A stretch of DNA of 64,000 bases from Actinomycetota bacterium (GTDB lineage: Bacteria > Actinomycetota > AC-67), in the NCBI GenBank assembly GCA_046713235.1, contig JBKKBZ010000047.1, positions 1,828 through 65,827 of the forward strand, given 5' to 3'. Below the pieces are notes generated by a model. It had not been told where the DNA came from, did not search any database, and was given only the letters and a program-made list of their open reading frames with translations. The position numbers and the translations under genes are program-made. Shown here one piece after another: positions 35,874 through 43,800 of this stretch. Numbering within the stretch: the first letter of the stretch is position 1; every line of letters starts with the position of its first letter.

Positions 35874-37235
35874 GTGACCGCATCCCAGGACTTCGCAGGT
35901 TTCGCAGCGTCGCTCTCCCCCGGCGCGGTTCCGGCATCCGTCCGCGCCGCCGTGCGTCGCCACGTCCTGGACGCCGTCGGCGTCGCCCTGGCCGCGGCAG
36001 GCACGGGTGCCGCAGCGCCCGTCATCGACGTCGTACGGGCATGGGGGGGAACCCGTGAGTCGAGCATCATCGGCGGGGCTACGAAGGCGCCGGCGCCCGC
36101 CGCGGCGCTGGCAAACGGCACTCTCGTGCACGCGCTCGACTACGACGACACCCACGTGGAGTCGGTCGTCCATCCGTCGTCGGTCGTCGTGCCGGCCGCG
36201 CTGGCGGTCGGCGAGGAAGCCGGCTCGAGCGGGCGCGAACTCGTGGCCGCTTGCGTCATCGGATACGAGATCTCCGCGCGAATCGGAGCCGCCGCACCCG
36301 GACGCTTTCACCTCCGAGGATTTCATCCGACCGGCCTGGCGGGACCGTTCGCCGCCGCGGCCGTCGCCGGCCGGCTGTGGGGACTCGGCGAGCAGGAGCT
36401 GGTCAATGCGCTCGGAATCGCCGGATCGCAATCTTCGGGGCTGTTCGCGGCGCTCGCCGACGGATCGGAGACGAAGCAATTCCACCCGGGGTGGGCGGCG
36501 CACGGCGGGGTGATCGCGGCCGACCTGGCGCGCCGCGGCTTCACCGGACCGTCCGGCGTGCTAGAAGGGCCCAATGGGTTCTTCCGAGCGTTTCTCGCCG
36601 GTGAGGAGATCGATGCGTCGCGCCTTGGGCGAGGCCTCGGCTACGAATGGGAGACGGAGCGGATCGCGATCAAGCCGTATCCGGCGTGCCACTTCGTCCA
36701 TGCCTTCATAGACGCCGCGCGACGGCTCGCCGTGCGAGCCGGGGACGTGGAGGAAGTCGTCTGCGCCGTACCGCCCGCGGCGGTCGGCATCGTCTGCGAA
36801 CCGCGAGCAGCGAAACTAGCGCCGGCGAGTGCCTATGCGGCGAAGTTCTCGCTGCCGTTCGCCGTTGCGGTCGCAATCGTCGGCGGCCGGGACGGGCTAG
36901 ATCTCTTCGACGAGGACGCACGAAGCGATCGCCGGGTGCTGGCTCTTGCCGAGCGCGTGCGGTACCAGGCCGACGACACGTTGCCGTTTCCGCACACATA
37001 CGGCGGGCGCATGGGTGTCCTGCTGCGCGACGGCCGCGAGCGACACGTAGAGGAGCTGGTGAACCGCGGCCACCCCGACCGTCCTCTCACCGACGAGGAG
37101 GTGGGGTCCAAGTTCCTGTCCAACGCTCTTCTGCGGCTAGACCAAGCCGCCGCCGAGAAGCTGGCGGAGCTGATCGGCAGGCTCGACGAGCTGGACTCGG
37201 TTTCCGAGCCGGCGGAGATCGCCTCCGGCGCGTAA
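35874..37235 (+). CDS. MmgE/PrpD family protein (2-methylcitrate dehydratase-like)
   Basis: NGTLVHALDYDDTH, HPSSVVVPAALAV, FHPGWAAHGG and KPYPACHFVH are typical MmgE/PrpD blocks. Confidence 0.9.
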   Translation: MTASQDFAGFAASLSPGAVPASVRAAVRRHVLDAVGVALAAAGTGAAAPVIDVVRAWGGTRESSIIGGATKAPAPAAALANGTLVHALDYDDTHVESVVHPSSVVVPAALAVGEEAGSSGRELVAACVIGYEISARIGAAAPGRFHLRGFHPTGLAGPFAAAAVAGRLWGLGEQELVNALGIAGSQSSGLFAALADGSETKQFHPGWAAHGGVIAADLARRGFTGPSGVLEGPNGFFRAFLAGEEIDASRLGRGLGYEWETERIAIKPYPACHFVHAFIDAARRLAVRAGDVEEVVCAVPPAAVGIVCEPRAAKLAPASAYAAKFSLPFAVAVAIVGGRDGLDLFDEDARSDRRVLALAERVRYQADDTLPFPHTYGGRMGVLLRDGRERHVEELVNRGHPDRPLTDEEVGSKFLSNALLRLDQAAAEKLAELIGRLDELDSVSEPAEIASGA

Positions 37236-37250
37236 GGCCGGCGCCGCTTG

Positions 37251-38177
37251 TCAGGAGCCTGATCGCAGGGAGGCCTGGAGCTGGCTGGCCGGCGGGGCGT
37301 AGGCGCGTTCACGGCCTTCGAAGAGCGGCGGAATCTCCTTGGTGAGTTCGTGGACCGTCCAGCGCGAGTCCTTCGTTGCGGCCGCCACCGGACCCCATCC
37401 CCCGTACAACTGCACCTTGCCTCCGGCGACGTAGAGCACCTGGCCCGTGATCTCGGCCGCATAGTCGGTCGCCAAGTAGGCCACCAACGGCGCGATGTTG
37501 TCCGGGTGCCACTCGTCGAAATCTCCCGCGGATTTGATCTCTCCGAACGTCTGCTCGGTCATGCGCGTCCGCGCGGCCGGTACGATCGCGTTCACGGTCA
37601 CCCCGTAGCGTGCCATCTCCATCGACACGATCTGAGCGAACGAGGCAATGCCCGACTTCGCCGCCCCGTAGTTCGACTGCCCGACGTTGCCGAGCAACCC
37701 GCTCGTCGAGGAGGTACAGATGATGCGCCCGGTCACCGGCTCGCCGGCTTTGGAACGCTCCCGCCAGTAGGCGCACGCGTGCCGCGTCGGCGCGAAGTGA
37801 CCCTTCAGGTGAACGCGCATCACTCCGTCCCAGTCGTCCTCGCTCATGTTGAAAATCATCTTGTCGCGCAGGATGCCGGCGTTGTTCACGAGAATATCGA
37901 GCCGGCCCCAGGTGTCGATCGCCGAACGAATCAAGCGTTCCGCGCCGGCGAACTCGGCGACGTCCTCGTAGTTTGCGACGGCCTCGCCCCCGGCGGCGGC
38001 GATCTCCTCGACAACCTGCTGGGCCGGCCGGTCGTCGGTTCCGGTGCCGTCCCACTGGCCTCCAAGATCGTTCACCACCACGCGCGCACCCTCGGCCGCG
38101 AGCAGCAAGGCCTCTCCCCTCCCGATGCCGCGTCCGGCTCCCGTCACGATGGCAATCTTTCCGTCGAGCGATCCCAT
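37251..38177 (-). CDS. SDR family oxidoreductase
   Basis: TGAGRGIGRGEALLLAAEGARVVVND, NNAGI, catalytic YGAAKSG. About 300 aa with a C-terminal extension. Confidence 0.9.
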   Translation of the reverse strand: MGSLDGKIAIVTGAGRGIGRGEALLLAAEGARVVVNDLGGQWDGTGTDDRPAQQVVEEIAAAGGEAVANYEDVAEFAGAERLIRSAIDTWGRLDILVNNAGILRDKMIFNMSEDDWDGVMRVHLKGHFAPTRHACAYWRERSKAGEPVTGRIICTSSTSGLLGNVGQSNYGAAKSGIASFAQIVSMEMARYGVTVNAIVPAARTRMTEQTFGEIKSAGDFDEWHPDNIAPLVAYLATDYAAEITGQVLYVAGGKVQLYGGWGPVAAATKDSRWTVHELTKEIPPLFEGRERAYAPPASQLQASLRSGS

Positions 38178-38180
38178 GTT

Positions 38181-39614
38181 CTATGCCTCCTGGATTGGTT
38201 TTGAACGTCCGGGAATGACGCTGCGCCCGGCCAGGGCCGGTTCGGTGCGCAGATGATCGCTGCGCACATGCACCCCGCGTGTCTCGTTGCGGGCGAGGGC
38301 CGTCTCGACGATGCGGATCGCCAGAGACCGATGGGGCGATTCCGGGAGGTGGCGCAGGGCAGTCCTGGTCTCGGCGAGAGATATCGAACTGCGAATCGGT
38401 CCGGCACCGCCCCACAGCAACGGTGGAATCGCATCATCGTCGATCCGACGGGGCTCCGAGTCTCCGATCACGATGGAGATCCGGTCGGGCATCCTTGCCC
38501 TCTTGGCAACCTCACCGCCGACGCGACGGCCGATGACAACGGCCTCCAGCAACGAATTTCCGGCCAAGCGATTGGCGCCGTGCATGCCGGTGCTCGCGCA
38601 CTCCCCCGCCGCGAACAACCCGTCCACCGTGGTCCGTCCCCAGGCGTCGGTCGCCACGCCGCCGATGAAGTAGTGTGCCGCCGGGGACACCGGCAGCAGA
38701 TCCGCGGCGATATCGTAACCGCGCTCCCGGCACGCGGCGGCAACAGTCGGGAAGGCCTCCGTGACGCTGGGAATTGCCCGGCAATCGAGGAACGCCGGCG
38801 CGCGTTCGAGAATCGCCCTTGCTACGAGGTGCCGCGGCCCCAGCTCATCGACAAAACGCTCACCGTGCTCGTCGAGCAGCAGCGCCCCCTCTCCGCGCAA
38901 CGCCTCGGTGAGAAGAACACGTTGACCTTCCCCGCGCGCCAGCGCAGTCGGATGAAACTGCATGAACTCGAGATCCGCCACATCGGCGATTCCCAAGGCC
39001 AGAGCAATACCGTCCCCGGTCGCGCCTGGGGCGTTCGTTGTGACCCCCCACAGACCGCCGGCCCCGCCCGTCGCAAGCAGTACCGCCCGGCCGGAGAACG
39101 AGCGCGCGTCATCGGATGCCACACCGACACAGGTGCCTTCGTGCACGAGGAGCGATGCCGCCCGGGCCGCGATCCGTTCGATCGGACGCCCGCGCACGGC
39201 CGCACGCAAGGCGCGCACGATATCGGCTCCCGTCGCGTCGCGCGCGTGCACGCTGCGCGCGACCGTTTGCCCGCCCTCACGGGCCGGCGCAAGCTCTCCG
39301 GCGTCGTCGCGATCGAAACGACACTCGAGAGCCTCCAGCCAGGCGACGGCGTCGGACCCCTCACGGCAGATCTCGAACACCATCGCCTCGTCGCACAGCC
39401 CGGCTCCGGCGATGATCGTGTCTTTGGCATGCAGGTCGGCCGAATCTTCCGGGCCAACCGCAGCGGCAAGGCCGCCCTGCGCGAGCGGCGACGAACCGGC
39501 CTCGGACTCGCCTTTGTCCACGACGGCAATGCGTGCGTCCTCCGGCGCAGAGAGCGCCGCGCAGAGACCGGCTACGCCACCGCCGACGATGACTAGATCG
39601 TAGGGATCGTTCAC
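38181..39614 (-). CDS. nadB: L-aspartate oxidase
   Basis: FAD motif DLVIVGGGVAGLCAAL, AQGGLAA, PGATGDGIALA, MQFHPT, HGANRLAGNSLLE. The length (477 aa) fits NadB rather than SdhA/FrdA. Confidence 0.85.
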   Translation of the reverse strand: MNDPYDLVIVGGGVAGLCAALSAPEDARIAVVDKGESEAGSSPLAQGGLAAAVGPEDSADLHAKDTIIAGAGLCDEAMVFEICREGSDAVAWLEALECRFDRDDAGELAPAREGGQTVARSVHARDATGADIVRALRAAVRGRPIERIAARAASLLVHEGTCVGVASDDARSFSGRAVLLATGGAGGLWGVTTNAPGATGDGIALALGIADVADLEFMQFHPTALARGEGQRVLLTEALRGEGALLLDEHGERFVDELGPRHLVARAILERAPAFLDCRAIPSVTEAFPTVAAACRERGYDIAADLLPVSPAAHYFIGGVATDAWGRTTVDGLFAAGECASTGMHGANRLAGNSLLEAVVIGRRVGGEVAKRARMPDRISIVIGDSEPRRIDDDAIPPLLWGGAGPIRSSISLAETRTALRHLPESPHRSLAIRIVETALARNETRGVHVRSDHLRTEPALAGRSVIPGRSKPIQEA

Positions 39615-39655
39615 GGTAGGCCAAGCCTATCGATCGGCAGCCGGTTGCTGCGCGG

Positions 39656-39973
39656 CTACAAGCGCCAGTGGGCACGCACCCAGGCGCGGCGACCGCACCC
39701 CGGGCATTTCATGAACGTGTGAAAGCGGCGCGGCAGCGAGATCGAAAACGGCATGACCAGCCGGGGCAGCTCGCGCAACCGCAGCGGTGTTTCCCGGCGG
39801 CACACCGAGCATTCGACGGTGAGCATCCCCAGCGCGCCGGTCTTGGGCGCGGTAACGCTGAAGAGGGCTGCCTTGCCGAGCGGGTCCGGCTCGCGGCCAC
39901 GACGGGCGTGGTCGGCGAGCTGGCGCTCGATGAGCTCTCGGTCCCAGCCTTCGAGTGTGGGCTGGTCGCTCAC
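39656..39973 (-). CDS. small zinc-ribbon protein (105 aa) translationally coupled to the ParA-like gene
   Basis: GTG at 39973 overlaps the ParA stop (GTGA at 39970-39973). Acidic N-terminal half, then CSVC-x33-CPGC with a basic Trp-containing tail AWVRAHWRL. Confidence 0.55.
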   Translation of the reverse strand: MSDQPTLEGWDRELIERQLADHARRGREPDPLGKAALFSVTAPKTGALGMLTVECSVCRRETPLRLRELPRLVMPFSISLPRRFHTFMKCPGCGRRAWVRAHWRL

Positions 39974-40836
39974 AGAATTGACCTCGCAATCGTTCGGTAG
40001 GCCTCGGCACCGGGATGCGACGACGCGAACTTCAAGAACGACCGCCCCGTGCGGGGAGCCTCGGCGAACCGGATCGATTTCCGAATCGGCGGCGCAAACA
40101 CCGGCAGGTTGTACCGCCGACCAACGTCTTCGAGGATCTCGCGCGCGTGCTGCGTGCGGCCGTCGAACATCGTCGGCAGGATCCCGGCGATCCGGAGTCC
40201 CCGGTTGGTGATCCTGCGGACGTCCTCCACGGTCTCGAGGAGCTGGCCCACCCCGCGGTGCGACAGCGCCTCGCATTGCAGCGGGATGATCACCTCGTGC
40301 GCGGCAGTCAGGGCATTGATCGTGAGAACGCCGAGCGAGGGCGGGCAGTCGAGCAAGATGAAGTCGTAGTAAGGGTGGACGTCCTCGAGTGCAGCGCGGA
40401 GCACGTACTCGCGCCCCGTTTTGGTCAACAGGTAGGCCTCGGCGCCGGCAAGGTCGATCGTCGCCGGGACGAGATCCACCTCGGCCAGTTGATGGACGGC
40501 CTTGCCGACCGGAACCCGGCCGGCCAGGACGTCGTGCACCGACTCGCCGACCACCTCGGGGTCAACGCCGAGTGAGAAGGTCAGGCAGGCCTGCGGATCG
40601 AGGTCGACCAGCAGCACCCGCTTGCCGAGCTCGCCGAGCGCGGCACCCAAAGCGAGGGTAGACGTGGTCTTTGCCACGCCACCCTTTTGGTTCGCGAACG
40701 CAATGACTCTGGCCACGGGGCGATCTCCTCGGAACACCCAATCCTCTCGCACAGCCCGGACGACCGCAACACCGTGAAATCCTTCGGGAGAATTCGGACA
40801 TGGGATCGCCCCCCGGGCCCGCCGGAGGGCGATCAC
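39970..40836 (-). CDS. ParA/Soj-family (deviant Walker A) ATPase, orphan
   Basis: RVIAFANQKGGVAKTTSTLALGAALGELGKRVLLVDLDPQ, DFILLDCPPSLG. No parB-like gene is adjacent. The true start may be an internal GTG (N-terminal ~40 residues uncertain). Confidence 0.9.
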   Translation of the reverse strand: MIALRRARGAIPCPNSPEGFHGVAVVRAVREDWVFRGDRPVARVIAFANQKGGVAKTTSTLALGAALGELGKRVLLVDLDPQACLTFSLGVDPEVVGESVHDVLAGRVPVGKAVHQLAEVDLVPATIDLAGAEAYLLTKTGREYVLRAALEDVHPYYDFILLDCPPSLGVLTINALTAAHEVIIPLQCEALSHRGVGQLLETVEDVRRITNRGLRIAGILPTMFDGRTQHAREILEDVGRRYNLPVFAPPIRKSIRFAEAPRTGRSFLKFASSHPGAEAYRTIARSIL

Positions 40837-40847
40837 TGCGTGCCCTT

Positions 40848-43800
40848 CTAGAGGTTGCGCGCGCCGCTGCGCGCCGATGCCACGATGATCTCGGCGATGA
40901 CAGCTCCGGATCCCGAGTACACCAGCACGTGTATCGCGTTAACGGTGCCTGCTGTGCTCGTCGAGCTCGTCGTGTTGAGGATCTGCTCGTTCAGCCTGAT
41001 CTCGACCTTGAGCTGGCCGGGGAGATCAACGATACGGACGGTGTTGGGCGCCGGTGTGTTGGCTATCGGTAGCCCCGCGATCTTGAGGTCGACGAACTTG
41101 GCCGTGAGGACCGTCGGCGGTGACGTAGTTCCGTCGGCAGTGCTCTTCGCCGAGACGTCCAGGATTCCGGCCGTGATCAGGCCGTCGAGGATGTTCGTGT
41201 CGTGGACTACCGAGCGGGAACTTCCGAAGGGCAGCTTGGAACCGGCCGCCAGCCCGCAGCCGTTGGTTCCCAGAACTGAGCCGCACGCGCTGTTGCCCAC
41301 TGTGGTCGTGCGCAGAGTCGTCCCGGTGGCCGGCGGAATGATCACCGTCGGCGTCCCGTTGGAGTCCGAACCGCCCCTCGGCCCGATCTCCGCCACCCCG
41401 TAGGTAGCGAGGGCGAGCTGCTTACCGCCGAGGGTTCCCTCAACGAAGGCCGTGTAGGCCTTGGCGCTCACGATATCCGGCGTCGGCCCGCATGCCAGGC
41501 CGCTCGGGAAGCTCGTGGCCGGGCTCGTCGGGGGCGTTTCGGACGGCGTCCCGGCATGGGAGACGATCACCTCGGTGCCGAGGGCGAGCCCTCGCCACGG
41601 CTTCAGGAGAACGACGCGGATCATGTTGACGAAGTGCCGCGACGTCCACTGGTTACCCGAGAGACCTGCGACGCCGCCCTGCTCGTAGAGATAGACGTCG
41701 GCGATCGTGTCGGTGGGAATCAGAGGGTCGGGAATGCGAACCCGCGTGTTGGGCGCCACGTTCGTGTACTCGGTGTTGTTGACCACGAGGTTCTGGAACC
41801 GCGATCCCCGCGAGTTGTACGAGGCCCCGAGCGCCGAAGCCACCGTTTGCGACACGCCCGTGACGGTGTCGGCGGTGACGAGTCCACCGAGCACTTTCAC
41901 GTCGAGGACCGTCGCGGTGGCAGTGGATGTGGACTTCCCGAGCGCATCGGGTGCCGTGTGAACGCGTGATTGCGAGGTCCCCCGCAGCACGCGAGCAGAC
42001 ACATCCGGGTTGGCCGGTACGGCCAGTTGCTCACCCTGGTCATTCTGCTTTGCCCCCGGCGCTTCGGTGTTGCGTGGGTTTTGCGGCGGGAGCTTGACGA
42101 GACCTCCGAGCGCATCCACCTTCAGACCGTAGGAGCTCGCGCTCGTCCGGGCCCCGGCCGTCGTCACCGTGGCAAGCAGGTGATACGGCGGGGCCGTCGT
42201 CTGGTCGGAGGTCAGCTCCACGAGGTTGTCGAGCAGCGCCCCATGCGCAACGCCCTGGCCGATGAGCAGCACCAGGGTCTTGGACCCGGAGGCCCCCGGC
42301 TGCAGGGTCCCAAGGCTCCACGACACCGTGTTGCCGAACTGGGTTCCCCCGCCGGTGCTCACGACGGAGGTCCCCACGGGGATCGTGTCCTTGAGCAAGG
42401 TGTTAGTCGTCGCGACAGCCCCGGTGTTGGCGTAGCCAAGCGTGTACGGCCAGTAGCCGCCCGGCACCGCATTGCCCGGACACTGCGTCTTGGTGACCGA
42501 CAGGCGCGGGCAGTCGAGCTGAATCGTGGCCGTGCTCCGCTGCGCCGGGTGGTTCGTCGCCTGCGCCTGTGCGGTGTTGGAGTACAAGCGCGTGATGCAG
42601 TCGAGCCCTCCCGAGGTCGGGCTGGTTATGTGCACGCTGAACGCGCTTGTTGGCGCCAGCTCCGTCTTGGAGCACGTCAACGTTTGCGCACCGGTCTCGG
42701 TGTTCGTGGAGATCGCGCAGGTCGGGTCGCCGGTCGTGTCGGCGGCCACGATAGTCCAGTTGATCCCCGGTCCGACCGGCAGCGCGTCGCTCAGCGAGAC
42801 GCTGTTGGCATTGCCGGCACCGCTGTTGGATACGGTGATCCGGAACCCGATCGCCAGCCCGCCCATCACCGGCGAGGCGTCGGCGGTCTTTACGATCACG
42901 AGCACCGGGCAGTTGACGGTGACGCTTGAGCTTGGGTTGAGGTCGGGGTGGTTGGTTGCCCGCACCTGCGCCGTGTTCGGATACGTGTCGTCCTTGCACT
43001 CCGCGCCGCCGCCTGCCGTGTCGCTGACGATGTGCACGCTGAACGAGCTGTCCGGCGCCAGCTCTGCCTTGGAGCAGGTCAGCGTCTGGGCTCCGGTCAC
43101 GGCGTTGGTCGAGATGGCGCAGTTGGGGTCGCCCGTCGTGTCGGCATCGACGATGGACCAAGCGATGCCCGGACCCGTCGGAAGAGCGTCGGTCAGGGTG
43201 ACGTTGTTGGCGTTGCCGGTGCCGGAGTTCGCCACGGTGATGACGAAACCGATCTGCTCGCCGGCGTCCACCGTCGCGTTGTCGGCCACCTTCGTTGCGG
43301 TCACGACCGGGCAGTTCACCTGCACGGTGTCTTTGGCCGTGACCACCGGGTGGTTTGTGGCCTGAGCCTGAGCGGTGTTGGGGTAGTTGCTGTCCACGCA
43401 AGCCGCACCGCCGCCGGCGGTCTGGCTGATCACATGGACGCTGAACGAGCCACCCGGACCCAGCTCGGTCTTCGAGCACGTGAGCGTCTGCGCGCCCGTC
43501 TCGTCATCCGTCGAGATAGCGCACGTCGGGCCACCGGTCGTGTCGGCTTCCACGATGGACCAGTTGACGCCTAGACCAGACGGGAGAGCGTCGGTGAGCG
43601 AGGCGTTGTTCGCCGTTCCGGTGCCGCTGTTCGACATGGATACGACGAATCCGATCTGCTCTCCGGCGTCCACCGTGTCCGCGTCGGCGGTCTTGGTCGC
43701 CGTCAGCACCGGACAGTTCACCTGCACGCTCGAAATCCCGGTGACTTCCGGATGGTTCGTGGCCTGTGCCTTCGCGGTGTTCGGGTACGTGTCGTCCTTG

